DNA of 64,000 nucleotides. It comes from Candidatus Aminicenans sakinawicola JGI OTU-1 (GTDB lineage: Bacteria; Acidobacteriota; Aminicenantia; Aminicenantales; Aminicenantaceae). Made by a program: the position numbers and the translations under genes. Under the pieces are notes generated by a model. It saw only the letters and a program-made list of their open reading frames with translations, ran no database searches and was not told the origin of the DNA. Positions 20,475 to 30,553 of the stretch are shown here, in pieces. The stretch is taken from NCBI GenBank assembly GCA_000493965.1, contig AWNV01000001.1, forward strand, positions 41,167 through 105,166, in the 5' to 3' direction. The first letter of the stretch is position 1, and every line of letters begins with the position of its first letter.

Positions 20475-20534
20475 GACCTTCAGATTGTTTTAAGGACATT
20501 TAGAGTGATCCTATTAAGGATAGGAAGTCGTTAA
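20475..20534. repeat. Direct repeat copy 2 (non-coding duplicate of the 3' end of the priming transferase gene)
   Basis: gaccttcagattgttttaaggacatttagagtgatcctattaaggataggaagtcgttaa. Confidence 0.8.
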
Positions 20535-20541
20535 AATAGTA

Positions 20542-21918
20542 ATGAAAGATATAAAAGTTTTATTTTTTATTTTTATCATTTTTCAAGGTGTTTTCTATTT
20601 ATTACTTGTACCTCCATGGCAATCACCGGATGAAACTCATCATTTTGGTTGTGGAGCTTTATTATCCAAAAATGCTAAATTAGGATCTAAAAACCATAAA
20701 ATTGTTAGTAAAGAAATTGTTGAATCAATGGCTAATTTTCATGCCTGGCAATATCAAAATATTCCACGTCCTGAACCAATGCCTCAAACATTATCCGAGC
20801 TGCCCTATTACCAGGGTATTGAAAGTGTCTCCGGAAGAGAACCTCTTTATTATGGGATTAACTCATTTATTTTAAAGGTCTTTAATTTAAAGAAGAACAT
20901 CGATCAATTTTATTTAATCCGATTTCTTTCATTATTATATTTCATTGTTACTGTCTATTTTTTATATTTATCTTCGAAACTTGTATTTAAAGATAATATT
21001 TCTTATGTCTTTGCAACTGTTTGCTTTGTTGCTCTTTTACCTCAATTTTTGATCATTACCACTTCTGTTAATCCAGTGAATCTTGCTGTGGTGTTAGGAG
21101 CGGCCTTTCTTTATGTAATTCTTTATTCTTTATTTAAGGGGAAAAAATTAATTGCTCTTCTGTTAGGACCCATAATTATTGGATTGGCTTTTTTCAATCA
21201 TCGAGTTGCTTTGTTTATGATTCCCCCCTTTGTGGTTTTGTTGTTAATATATTTTGTTCGCTCATTGAAAAGTAAAAGGGAAATGATAAAAATCTTTGTT
21301 ATTACTTTGATTGTTTTACTGATATTTATATTCTTATTTTTTACGGCTCAGTATTTCTTTCCAGATCAATTTAAAAGAGTTGTTAGCATTTCAGGATTAA
21401 AACCTCGAATATATGAAATAAATGAATTTGGAAAATATATATCACCCGGAACTTCTCGATCTTTAACAAGTTTTTTAGATGGGTCTTTTAAGACTTTTTG
21501 GTTTTTTGCGGGATGGTTGAGATTTGGATATCATTTGGATATTTATTCTGTCTTGAAATTGATTTGTTTTCTTTCGGTTTTCGGTCTTTTTAAGTATTTA
21601 TACTTATATTTTTCTCGGAGAAAATATTCAATGGATGTGGATTTTTCTTCTTTTCTCATTCTTATTGCTGCAGGTCTGCCTATTATATTTGGAGCAATAA
21701 TTAGATATTATCCTACATCTATAGTAGCACAAGGAAGGTATGTTTACCCAGCAATAAGTGCATTAGCAATTCTTTTTATATTGGGATTAAAGGAAATTGC
21801 TCCAAAGAGGTTAGAAAAGTGGGTGCCAATATTCATTATTGGTGGCTTTATGGCACTGAATATATATACTATTTTTCATTCAATGTTCAGGGTTTTTTAT
21901 TATTTCACGAATGCCTAA
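20542..21918 (+). CDS. Polytopic membrane protein, GT-C-like (PMT/ArnT-related) candidate glycosyltransferase
   Basis: About 12 TM helices; first-loop motif ..LVPPWQSPDETHHFG..; its stop overlaps the start of the next gene (21911). Confidence 0.45.
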   Translation: MKDIKVLFFIFIIFQGVFYLLLVPPWQSPDETHHFGCGALLSKNAKLGSKNHKIVSKEIVESMANFHAWQYQNIPRPEPMPQTLSELPYYQGIESVSGREPLYYGINSFILKVFNLKKNIDQFYLIRFLSLLYFIVTVYFLYLSSKLVFKDNISYVFATVCFVALLPQFLIITTSVNPVNLAVVLGAAFLYVILYSLFKGKKLIALLLGPIIIGLAFFNHRVALFMIPPFVVLLLIYFVRSLKSKREMIKIFVITLIVLLIFIFLFFTAQYFFPDQFKRVVSISGLKPRIYEINEFGKYISPGTSRSLTSFLDGSFKTFWFFAGWLRFGYHLDIYSVLKLICFLSVFGLFKYLYLYFSRRKYSMDVDFSSFLILIAAGLPIIFGAIIRYYPTSIVAQGRYVYPAISALAILFILGLKEIAPKRLEKWVPIFIIGGFMALNIYTIFHSMFRVFYYFTNA

Positions 21919-23344
21919 GATATTCAAAAAGAAAAATATTATTCCTTTAACTTATATTGTTTTAATTATTTTTATCTCTGTTTTTTTTCTTTCAATTTCT
22001 CCTCCTACATTGATCGAAGTATATAATCAATCCCAGAATGATATTCCAGTGGGTGAAATATACGGAAGCATGAAGATTGGACAGACTTTTGAGGCAGATC
22101 ATAAAGATTTATCAGCCATAGAAGTTTTGCTGGCAACTTTTAGTAGAGTGAATGAAGGGACTTTCGTCTTTCATCTGAGAGATAGCTTAAAAAGTGAAGA
22201 TAATATGGTTTGGTACAACGTTAATATGAGAGAAGTTCAGGATAATAAGTTCTTTCGTTTCTCTATTCCCAAGATAAAAGATTATAAAGGAAAAAGAATA
22301 TTATTTTCAAAAGGGAAGAAATATTATTTTTATCTGGAATCTCCCCATGCAGAACCTGGGAATGCCATTACCATCTGGTCGAGTTCTGAGAACTTATATA
22401 AGGATGGTGAAAAAATTATCAATGGTGTGCCATCTCAAGGAGATCTAGTATTTAAAACGGAATATGAATTGGGATGGATGTTAAGTTATCATACTCTGTC
22501 AACAAGACTTATGAATATTCTGAATTTTTCCCTTAATCTTTTTAAGAATCAAGTTTTTTATTTTGTAATACTTCTTATGTCGTTTGTCTGGGCCTTTATC
22601 ACACTTGTAACAAAATTTGAAATCTTTCAAAGAAAAGGAGGTATTTTCTTTGTCTTCGGAATTGTGTTTTTTGTTGTATCCCTTTGGATCGTTCTGCTTT
22701 TTATGAAGAAAATAGAAGTTTACAATCAATTTGTCCCCAACAATGCGGCAGGGGAAATTTATGGAGGAAAAAAAGTGGGGCAGACTTTTACAGCCCAGCA
22801 TGACCATCTGATAGCTATTGAGGTATTAATGGGGACTTATAACAGAAAAAACACGGGTGAGTTGATCTTTCATATGAAAGGACAGGCAGGGGATATGATC
22901 GATTTACACCATTCCAGGGTGGATATGCTTAATATCAAGGACAACCGGTATCATCGATTTAAGATCTCTGAAATAAAAAACTCCAAGGGCAGAAAATATT
23001 TTTTTTATTTAGAAGCACCGCAGTCCCAATCTGGAAACACTATAACCATCTGGTGCAATGACGAAGAGGATAAGTACAGAGAGGGGGCGAAGGTTATTAA
23101 TGGCGAAGAGATGGAAGGAGATCTTGTTTTTAAAACCATCTATGCTGTAGGATTGGGAGGGAAAACCGGTTTATTTTTGGGAGAAATTACACGGAATAAG
23201 CCTTCACCTCTGAATACTAAATTGTTATATGTGGGGCTGATTGTTTCCTTCGTTCTCACATGTTCTCTGCTTTTGACCTACATCATTAGAGTTTTTGTGG
23301 AAACGTACGTTATAAAAAAGAAAGAGGGTCATTCTGAATATTAA
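21911..23344 (+). CDS. Membrane protein of unknown function with two tandem copies of a module (one TM helix plus a roughly 150-aa domain)
   Basis: Module 1 is about residues 10-195 and module 2 about 215-405; they align across their length. Example: GEIYGSMKIGQTFEADHKDLSAIEVL..FYLESPHAEPGNAITIWSS..GDLVFKTEYE versus GEIYGGKKVGQTFTAQHDHLIAIEVL..FYLEAPQSQSGNTITIWCN..GDLVFKTIYA. A third TM helix lies at the C-terminus. Confidence 0.6.
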   Translation: MPKIFKKKNIIPLTYIVLIIFISVFFLSISPPTLIEVYNQSQNDIPVGEIYGSMKIGQTFEADHKDLSAIEVLLATFSRVNEGTFVFHLRDSLKSEDNMVWYNVNMREVQDNKFFRFSIPKIKDYKGKRILFSKGKKYYFYLESPHAEPGNAITIWSSSENLYKDGEKIINGVPSQGDLVFKTEYELGWMLSYHTLSTRLMNILNFSLNLFKNQVFYFVILLMSFVWAFITLVTKFEIFQRKGGIFFVFGIVFFVVSLWIVLLFMKKIEVYNQFVPNNAAGEIYGGKKVGQTFTAQHDHLIAIEVLMGTYNRKNTGELIFHMKGQAGDMIDLHHSRVDMLNIKDNRYHRFKISEIKNSKGRKYFFYLEAPQSQSGNTITIWCNDEEDKYREGAKVINGEEMEGDLVFKTIYAVGLGGKTGLFLGEITRNKPSPLNTKLLYVGLIVSFVLTCSLLLTYIIRVFVETYVIKKKEGHSEY

Positions 23345-24749
23345 ACCACAGGTTATCATTCTAGGAGCAGGTATATCCGGAATAAGCTTAGCGTGGAGAT
23401 TGTGCAGTGAGGGAGTTAGAGTTTTGGTGATTGAATCCGCTAATGTTGTTGGAGGTTTAGCTGGAACGCTCCGAGAAAACGGATACTGTATGGATGTTGG
23501 CCCTCATTCTCTTTTTTCTGAGGACAAAGAGATTCTTGATATAATCCTCAATCTTTTTGATAACACATTAATAGCTAAACCGCGACAGGTCAAATTCTAT
23601 TACAGAGGTAAATATCTCGATTACCCTCTAACAGCATACAGCGTGCTTTTTCAGATGGGTATTTGGTCTGGTATGCGCGTTGGATTAAGCTTTTTGAAAA
23701 GCAAGTTTTTATCCAAAAAACATAAAACTCTTAATAGGGAAGAAGAGACTGTTGAGGATTGGGCAATTGCAAGTTTTGGGAAGCATCTTTATAAGACTTT
23801 TTTTAAGCCTTATACTGAACAATTCTGGAAGTTACCTTGTACAGAGTTATCGTCCCGCACTATTCCCACTCATACACGAATGAGCTTTATTAATACGCTG
23901 CGTCTGCTTTTACAGAAGCGATTCACCAAATCGGATGCGTCTCTTATCGAACGAGAAATGCTGCCTACTTATTACCCGAATTCAGGTTTTGGAGAAATCC
24001 CTGAGAGAATTGCTGTTGAAGTTAAGAAAAGGGAAGGGCAGATCTATACAAATTGCCGGGCTTTGAGAGTCAAAAAACTGCCAAGTGGGGGAATGAGTGT
24101 TTTGTATGAGCAAAACGGAAAACAAAAGGAAGTTAGAAGTGCTTATGTGGTTTCAACTATACCAATTAATGAATTTATCAAGATGCTAAATCCGCCGCCG
24201 CCTCCGGAAATTCTAGCGTCGGCTGATGGGCTCAATTATCGTGCGCTTACATCTCTGGGAATTGTGACAGAGAAGCAAAATATTCTTAATTGCAGTTATA
24301 TCTATGTTTTGGATCGTCCATACAACCGTATTTCTGAAATGAATGAGTTCAGCCAAACAACAAGTCATGCAGGAGATAATATCATTATGATCGAAATACC
24401 GTGTCACAGAGATAGTACTGTATGGACAGCTTCAAAAGAAAAACTGTTTGATATGTGCATTGGCAGCCTGGCAAAGGATGGTATCCTGGGGCCGGGAGAT
24501 GTAAAACATTTACTCGTAATAAGATCACCGCATGCCTATCCAATTTACAGTAAAGACTATGCAAAGAACCTGAATAAAGTCTTCGATTATATAAATGGAA
24601 GCAAAGGGATATCAATATTGGGGAGGACTGGTGAATTTATCTACTCGGATATTGATAAGTGTATGAAAAGAGCCTTTGATTTTGCCGATAGGTTTTTAAA
24701 GGATTATTGCATGGAGATAAAGTCCAAAAAAGGAGAACAGCATGCCTAA
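23340..24749 (+). CDS. FAD-dependent oxidoreductase, UDP-galactopyranose-mutase-like (Glf/amine-oxidase fold), paralog 1
   Basis: Rossmann motif VIILGAGISGISLAW..VVGGLAGT..DVGPHSLF and Glf-like C-terminal GRTGEFIYSDIDKC. The GxGxxG motif lies upstream of the first ATG/GTG/TTG codon (the TTG at 23400), so the start is probably ATT 23340 or CTG 23334, both preceded by AGAGGG. Confidence 0.5.
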   Translation: MKPQVIILGAGISGISLAWRLCSEGVRVLVIESANVVGGLAGTLRENGYCMDVGPHSLFSEDKEILDIILNLFDNTLIAKPRQVKFYYRGKYLDYPLTAYSVLFQMGIWSGMRVGLSFLKSKFLSKKHKTLNREEETVEDWAIASFGKHLYKTFFKPYTEQFWKLPCTELSSRTIPTHTRMSFINTLRLLLQKRFTKSDASLIEREMLPTYYPNSGFGEIPERIAVEVKKREGQIYTNCRALRVKKLPSGGMSVLYEQNGKQKEVRSAYVVSTIPINEFIKMLNPPPPPEILASADGLNYRALTSLGIVTEKQNILNCSYIYVLDRPYNRISEMNEFSQTTSHAGDNIIMIEIPCHRDSTVWTASKEKLFDMCIGSLAKDGILGPGDVKHLLVIRSPHAYPIYSKDYAKNLNKVFDYINGSKGISILGRTGEFIYSDIDKCMKRAFDFADRFLKDYCMEIKSKKGEQHA

Positions 24750-25959
24750 ATGTCGCATATGTAAGGCTAATTATGAACCTTTTGTTTTTTTTGGAAAAAT
24801 GCCTATTGCCAATGGATTTTTGTCTCCTGAGGAATTTGAAAATGAGTATTTTTTTGATTTAAAAGCAGGATATTGTTCTAACTGCAACATGGTTCAATTG
24901 GTGGAGCAACCCGACCGCGAAAAAATGTTTCATGAAAATTATGCGTTTTATTCTTCGACTTCAAAGCTGATGGCATTACATTTTAAACAATTCTCGGAAT
25001 CGGTCATTAAGAACCATTTAAAATCTTCTGATCCTTTTGTTGTTGAACTTGGCAGTAATGACGGTATAATGTTACAAAATTTTGCTTCCGCAGGGATTCG
25101 TCACCTGGGAATCGAGCCCTCTGCTAATGTTGCTCAGGTAGCAATAGATAAGGGCATTCATACAATGTGCGAGTTCTTTGATAAAAAAGTTGCCAAAAAA
25201 ATTATAAAAAGCTATGGACAGACTGATGCTTTTCTTGGGGCTAATGTAATGTGTCATATCCCTTATATCCATTCTATTGTGGAAGGAATCAAGAGTCTTC
25301 TTAAGCCTAATGGTTTCCTTCTTTTTGAGGATCCCTATTTAGAGGATGTTATTAAAAATACAACATATGATCAGATCTATGATGAACATGTATTTTTATT
25401 TTCAGTTTTATCTGTTAAGTATCTTTTTGAGCAGTATGATATGGAGGTTATTGATATTGAACCTCAAGAAACACATGGAGGGTCTATGAGGTATATTTTA
25501 GCTCATAAAGGAGCATATCCCGTTTCGAATAGAGTCAGCCGCCAGATAGAAGAAGAGAAGATATTTGGTTTAGATAAACCGGAGACTTATCGGCTTTTCC
25601 GTAAAAGCTGTGAATATTCCCGGGATAGCCTTATAGAGCTGTTAAATAAAATTAAGCAGAAAGGGCAGAAAATTGTCGGTTATGCGGCAACATCGAAAAG
25701 CACTACTATTATCAACTATTGTGGGATTTCTACAGATCATATTGATTACATATGTGATACTACTCCGCTCAAACAGGGAAAATTTACTCCAGGATCTCAT
25801 ATTCCAGTCCAGCCTTATGAGGATTTTGTTTCAAATTATCCTGAATATGCTCTTCTTTTTGCCTACAACCATAAAAAGGAAATTATGGCCAAAGAAGAAA
25901 AATATAAAGAATCCGGAGGAAAATGGATTCTTTATACACCAAAAGTGCAGATATTATGA
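24742..25959 (+). CDS. Sugar C-methyltransferase-like protein (N-terminal zinc ribbon plus class I SAM methyltransferase plus C-methyltransferase C-terminal domain)
   Basis: [33 protein letters not shown] zinc-binding N-terminus followed by [15 protein letters not shown], a SAM-binding motif, as in TylC3/NovU-type NDP-hexose C-methyltransferases. Confidence 0.6.
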   Translation: MPKCRICKANYEPFVFFGKMPIANGFLSPEEFENEYFFDLKAGYCSNCNMVQLVEQPDREKMFHENYAFYSSTSKLMALHFKQFSESVIKNHLKSSDPFVVELGSNDGIMLQNFASAGIRHLGIEPSANVAQVAIDKGIHTMCEFFDKKVAKKIIKSYGQTDAFLGANVMCHIPYIHSIVEGIKSLLKPNGFLLFEDPYLEDVIKNTTYDQIYDEHVFLFSVLSVKYLFEQYDMEVIDIEPQETHGGSMRYILAHKGAYPVSNRVSRQIEEEKIFGLDKPETYRLFRKSCEYSRDSLIELLNKIKQKGQKIVGYAATSKSTTIINYCGISTDHIDYICDTTPLKQGKFTPGSHIPVQPYEDFVSNYPEYALLFAYNHKKEIMAKEEKYKESGGKWILYTPKVQIL

Positions 25960-27062
25960 TGATATTATGCAGTAATCCAAAAGCTCAATACCTTTCATAT
26001 AAAAGTGAAATAGATGCTGCTGTTTCCAGGGTTCTAAACAGTGGGTGGTATATTCTTGGTGAGGAAGTAAAAAAGTTCGAGGAAGAGTTTGCCGGATATA
26101 TTGGAGTAGCAAAGGGAGTTGGGGTTGCCAGTGGAACAGAAGCCCTGCATCTGGCCTTACTAGCCTACGGGGTAGGATCGGGTGATGAGGTTATTACTGT
26201 TTCTCATTCGGCAGTAGCCACTACTACAGCCATTTGTCTTTCCGGTGCCTTTCCTCGATTTGTGGATATTGAGCCGCAATTTTATACTATTGACCCAGAG
26301 AAAATAGTATCAGCTATCAAGCCTAACACAAAAGCTATTATCCCAGTCCATATCTATGGACATCCGGCAGATATGGATCCTATATTGGAAATCGCTAAAA
26401 AACATAATCTTTTGGTAATAGAAGATTGTGCTCAAGCGCATGGAGCAATGTACAAAGGAATGCGTGTAGGTTCGTTAGGCGATGTTGGATGTTTCAGTTT
26501 TTATCCAACTAAGAATCTTGGTGCAATTGGTGATGGAGGGATGATTGTTACAGATAATACTGCTTTGGCGGAGAAAGCAAAATTATTGCGTGAATATGGG
26601 TGGGTTGAGCGAAATGTTAGTTCTTATAAAGGATTAAATTCGAGATTGGATGAAATACAGGCAGCTATTTTGCGTGCTAAACTGAAACATCTTGATAAAG
26701 ATAATTTATTAAGAAAACACTTGGCAGATATATATAGCTCAGAATTAAAGAATACAAGTCTAATGTTGCCTCTTTTAAGAAAGGAGACATCGCATGTTTA
26801 TCACCTTTTTGTCATCCGGTCTAAAAAACGTGATATATTGTTTTCTTTCTTAAGAGAAAAGAGTATTGGAGTATCAATCCATTATCCTGTTCCTATACAT
26901 CTTCAGCCGGCTTACAGCCATTTTGGAAACAGAGAGCTTCTTCCAGAAACAGAAAAGGTTACAAAGGAGATTCTCTCACTGCCCATTTTCCCGGAATTAA
27001 AGACATCTGAAGTTAAACAGATAACACATGCCATAAAAGAATTTGAATCTAATGGAGGGTAG
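25956..27062 (+). CDS. DegT/DnrJ/EryC1/StrS-family PLP-dependent sugar aminotransferase
   Basis: ..[34 protein letters not shown]..; the ATG at 25956 overlaps the upstream TGA (ATGATGA). A longer open frame from 25923 is possible. Confidence 0.8.
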   Translation: MMILCSNPKAQYLSYKSEIDAAVSRVLNSGWYILGEEVKKFEEEFAGYIGVAKGVGVASGTEALHLALLAYGVGSGDEVITVSHSAVATTTAICLSGAFPRFVDIEPQFYTIDPEKIVSAIKPNTKAIIPVHIYGHPADMDPILEIAKKHNLLVIEDCAQAHGAMYKGMRVGSLGDVGCFSFYPTKNLGAIGDGGMIVTDNTALAEKAKLLREYGWVERNVSSYKGLNSRLDEIQAAILRAKLKHLDKDNLLRKHLADIYSSELKNTSLMLPLLRKETSHVYHLFVIRSKKRDILFSFLREKSIGVSIHYPVPIHLQPAYSHFGNRELLPETEKVTKEILSLPIFPELKTSEVKQITHAIKEFESNGG

Positions 27063-27522
27063 AACTGTGATCGAGGGAGTTATTATAAAAGAAATTAAGA
27101 GTCACATTGACGAGAGGGGATTTTTCAGTGAGATCCTTCGTGTAAATGAGGATTTTCATCCAGGCGATATTGGTCAGATTAGCCATTCTTTTGTTAAAAA
27201 GGGAGTTCTTAAAGCCTGGCATATGCATACATTTCAATCACAGTGGAATTATGTGGTATGCGGATTGATCAAAGTAGCTTTACACGATACTCGCAAAGAA
27301 TCACCCACTTTTCACCAGACAATTGAGCTTTTAACTGGTGATGATCAAGCTCCAAAAGTTTACTTTTTCCCTCCTGGAGTTGCGCATGGGTATATTTGTT
27401 TAAAGAGCCCTATGCATATTATCTATGTTACATCCGGAGTTTATGATATTTCTGATGAAGTCCGTATTCCTCATAATGATCCAGATATTGGGTATGATTG
27501 GCTGAAGAACAAAATAACATAA
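27043..27522 (+). CDS. RmlC-like cupin: NDP-4-keto-sugar 3,5-epimerase or 3,4-ketoisomerase (WxcM/FdtA-like)
   Basis: ..[12 protein letters not shown]....[19 protein letters not shown].. parallels RmlC ..DERGFF..RGLHFQ.., but the protein is short (159 aa), like the FdtA/WxcM isomerases. Confidence 0.6.
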   Translation: MNLMEGRTVIEGVIIKEIKSHIDERGFFSEILRVNEDFHPGDIGQISHSFVKKGVLKAWHMHTFQSQWNYVVCGLIKVALHDTRKESPTFHQTIELLTGDDQAPKVYFFPPGVAHGYICLKSPMHIIYVTSGVYDISDEVRIPHNDPDIGYDWLKNKIT

Positions 27523-27530
27523 TAAATAAG

Positions 27531-28508
27531 ATGTTATCCTATTTTTGCGGAAAAAAAATTTTAATAACAGGGGGAAATGGTTATATTGCGTCTAACTTAG
27601 TTCACAAACTTAAAAATATCGACTGCACTATTGTCCGAGCAGATAGAGCTTTTGATACACCCACAATAAACGGAAGAGCAAGCATAAGGGATGTGATTGG
27701 AGATATTAAGGATAAAAGTTTTTTTGAGGGAGTCTTGGAAAGTATTGATATTGTGTATCATTTTGCTGCACAGACCAGTCTATATCAAGCAGAAAAGAAC
27801 CCTATGGACGATTTTTCAGTTAATGTTGTTCCGATGCTTAATTTACTGGAAACTTGTCGATATAGAGGGTGGAAGCCAGCCATTATTTTCTCCGGCACTG
27901 TTACTGAGGTAGGTATTCCTAAGAATTTACCGGTTAATGAGACTTGCTGTGACTGTCCGGTTTCTATATATGATATGCATAAATTGATGGCTGAAAATTA
28001 TTTAAAATATTATTCCAAGCGGGGAATTGTGTTTGGTACGGTTTTGCGTTTGGCGAATGTATATGGGCCTGGCCCTAAGAGCAGCAGTAGTGACCGAGGC
28101 GTGCTGAATATGATGATTAGAAAGGCACTGGCAGAAGAACCTTTAAATATCTACGGCACAGGGGAATATTTAAGGGATTATATATTTGTAGAAGATGTAG
28201 TGCGGGCGTTTCTTGAAGCCGCTATTCATAAGGATCAAGTAAATGAGAAATATTTTATTATTGGCAGCGGAGAGGGGATAAAACTCAGTCAGGCTGTAAA
28301 TCTTGTTGCAGATAGAGCTGCTTTAAAAACAGGAAAGAGAGTGCCAGTCAGGCATGTTGATCCTCCATCCATTCTGCATCCAGTTGAGTTTCGAAATTTT
28401 ATTGCGGATCCGAAGTTATTTATGAATTCTACAGATTGGAAAATAAATTTTTCTTTGATCAAAGGAATAGACTGTACTATTGACTATTTTTCAGGCGCTA
28501 AAATATAA
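27531..28508 (+). CDS. NAD-dependent epimerase/dehydratase (extended SDR) no. 1
   Basis: KILITGGNGYIASNL Rossmann motif and YDMHK (YxxxK); the ATG at 27531 lies in a frame that is open from the TTG at 27498. Confidence 0.7.
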   Translation: MLSYFCGKKILITGGNGYIASNLVHKLKNIDCTIVRADRAFDTPTINGRASIRDVIGDIKDKSFFEGVLESIDIVYHFAAQTSLYQAEKNPMDDFSVNVVPMLNLLETCRYRGWKPAIIFSGTVTEVGIPKNLPVNETCCDCPVSIYDMHKLMAENYLKYYSKRGIVFGTVLRLANVYGPGPKSSSSDRGVLNMMIRKALAEEPLNIYGTGEYLRDYIFVEDVVRAFLEAAIHKDQVNEKYFIIGSGEGIKLSQAVNLVADRAALKTGKRVPVRHVDPPSILHPVEFRNFIADPKLFMNSTDWKINFSLIKGIDCTIDYFSGAKI

Positions 28509-28596
28509 TAGCAAAAAAGATGCTATTGAAAAAACAGAATATATATTTATTTTATTGAAGAGAGCTATTGTATTAAATCAATAAAAGTGATTAAAG

Positions 28597-29616
28597 ATGC
28601 TAAAAAGAATTGAGAAAAATAACATATCACTTCCTTCCTTAAAAGGCAGAAGAGTTCTTATCACAGGAGGGTTAGGTTTTATAGGAAGCAATCTGGCACA
28701 TAAATGTGTAGAGTTAGGGGCTGAAGTCACAATTTTTGATGTTTTAGATCCCCGGTCAGGAGGAAATCTATATAATATTCAGGGAATTCAGGATTCAGTA
28801 GAACTGCAATATTTTAACATTCTCGACTTTGGCCAAGTATCTCAAAGTGTAATAAAGAAGGATATTATTTTTAACTGTGCAGCATCAACATCTCATCCTT
28901 TTTCTATGATAGAGCCATGGATCGATCTGGATATAAACAGTAAAGGAGTGATTAATTTACTTGAGGCAATTCGTCGTTTTAACAGAGAGGTGAAGTTTAT
29001 ACATTTGGGTACAAGCACTCAGTTAGGAAAGCTACAATTTCAACCAGCAGATGAAAATCATCCTGAATTTCCTACTGATATCTATTCTGCAAACAAATGT
29101 GTTTCGGAAAAGTATACTTTGATATATTCAAGAGCAAGGCAGATATGTGGTTCTGTCCTTAGGCTGACGAATGTTTATGGCCCGAGAGCTAGTATACACA
29201 GCCCGGAGTTTACATTTAACAATTTTTTTATTGGATTGGCCTTACAAGGGAAAGAAATTACAGTATATGGTGATGGCAGCCAATTGCGAAACATAATTTT
29301 TGTTGATGATGTTGTTGAGGCTCTTATCCTTGCGTCCCAGTGTTCAAAGATAAATAATGAAACATTTTTTGTAGCCGGAGATTTTCATTACAGCATCTCA
29401 AATATTGCAGAAGAGATAGTGAAACATATGAAGAGAGGAAAAGTAAAATATGTGGAATGGCCAAAAGACAGAAAATCAATCGATTTTGGAGATGCCATAA
29501 TAAGTAATCAGAAGATCAAAAAAGTATTAAATTGGACTCCTCGAACTGATTTTAAAACTGGTTTAATTAAGACTAGGGATTATTATAAAAATTGTTTGGA
29601 AGAATATTTGAGGTGA
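28597..29616 (+). CDS. NAD-dependent epimerase/dehydratase (extended SDR) no. 2
   Basis: VLITGGLGFIGSNLAHK; YSANK catalytic dyad. Confidence 0.75.
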   Translation: MLKRIEKNNISLPSLKGRRVLITGGLGFIGSNLAHKCVELGAEVTIFDVLDPRSGGNLYNIQGIQDSVELQYFNILDFGQVSQSVIKKDIIFNCAASTSHPFSMIEPWIDLDINSKGVINLLEAIRRFNREVKFIHLGTSTQLGKLQFQPADENHPEFPTDIYSANKCVSEKYTLIYSRARQICGSVLRLTNVYGPRASIHSPEFTFNNFFIGLALQGKEITVYGDGSQLRNIIFVDDVVEALILASQCSKINNETFFVAGDFHYSISNIAEEIVKHMKRGKVKYVEWPKDRKSIDFGDAIISNQKIKKVLNWTPRTDFKTGLIKTRDYYKNCLEEYLR

Positions 29617-29620
29617 TATT

Positions 29621-30553
29621 ATGAAAATTGTGATTACTGGAGCTTTGGGGCATATAGGCTCAAAAGTTATCCGGGAAATCCCAGAAACTTTCCAAGAACC
29701 TGAAATTGTTATGATCGATAATATGTTGACTCAACGCTACTGTTCTTTGTTTAACTTACCTGCTCGCGGGAAATATTCTTTTATAGAAGCAGATGTATTA
29801 AATATGGAACTATGCCCCATTATTGAGGGAGCTGATTTTGTCCTGCATTTGGCTGCTATTACTGATGCCACAAGCAGTTTTAAAAACAAAGATCAGGTTG
29901 AAAATGTCAATTATAAAACAACAGTGAGGGTTTCCGAGGCTTGTAATGAAGTTGGATGCCCCATGATCCATTTTTCAACAACCAGCGTATATGGCACCCA
30001 ACAAAACGTTGTAGATGAAGATTGTTCTCCTGAGGAACTACGGCCACAAAGCCCCTATGCAGAGACAAAATTGAGGGAAGAACAATTTTTGCAAAATTTT
30101 GGCGCAGCAGAAAATTTGGATTTTTTAATATGTCGTTTTGGAACAATATGTGGGATTTCTCCTGGGATTCGCTTTCATACAGCGGTGAATAAATTCTGCT
30201 GGCAGGCTGTTATGAAGCAGCCGCTTTCTGTATGGCGGACAGCTTTATTTCAAAAGCGTCCCTATTTGGTTCTGAGTGATGCAGTGAAAGCCATTATATT
30301 TATAATTAAAAACAACTTGTTTGATAAAAGGATTTATAATGTCCTATCAGAAAATAGGACAGTACATTCCATTATTCAATGTATAAAACAATATATTCCC
30401 CAGTTAAATATTCAATATGTAAATGCCGAGATCATGAATCAGTTATCTTATGAAGTCTCAAACCTGCGCTTCAAAGAACAAGGATTTGAATTTTCAGGGA
30501 GTGTAGATAAAAGTATTCAAGAAACGATTCAATTACTTTTAACTGTGAAATAA
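29621..30553 (+). CDS. NAD-dependent epimerase/dehydratase (extended SDR) no. 3
   Basis: MKIVITGALGHIGSKV; YAETK. Confidence 0.7.
   Translation: MKIVITGALGHIGSKVIREIPETFQEPEIVMIDNMLTQRYCSLFNLPARGKYSFIEADVLNMELCPIIEGADFVLHLAAITDATSSFKNKDQVENVNYKTTVRVSEACNEVGCPMIHFSTTSVYGTQQNVVDEDCSPEELRPQSPYAETKLREEQFLQNFGAAENLDFLICRFGTICGISPGIRFHTAVNKFCWQAVMKQPLSVWRTALFQKRPYLVLSDAVKAIIFIIKNNLFDKRIYNVLSENRTVHSIIQCIKQYIPQLNIQYVNAEIMNQLSYEVSNLRFKEQGFEFSGSVDKSIQETIQLLLTVK

Noticed and set aside
24185-24210. GC-rich run ccgccgccgcctccgg inside an AT-rich gene
   Set aside because: It encodes an in-frame PPPPPE linker in the FAD oxidoreductase and is not a separate element.
2855-25272. Many 60-118-aa antisense or overlapping ORFs from the six-frame track (for example 2855..3055-, 5114..5377-, 11485..11841-, 22499..22807-, 25072..25272-)
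   Set aside because: Each is fully embedded in a longer ORF with clear family motifs and has no motifs of its own. The AT-rich sequence produces long spurious reverse frames.
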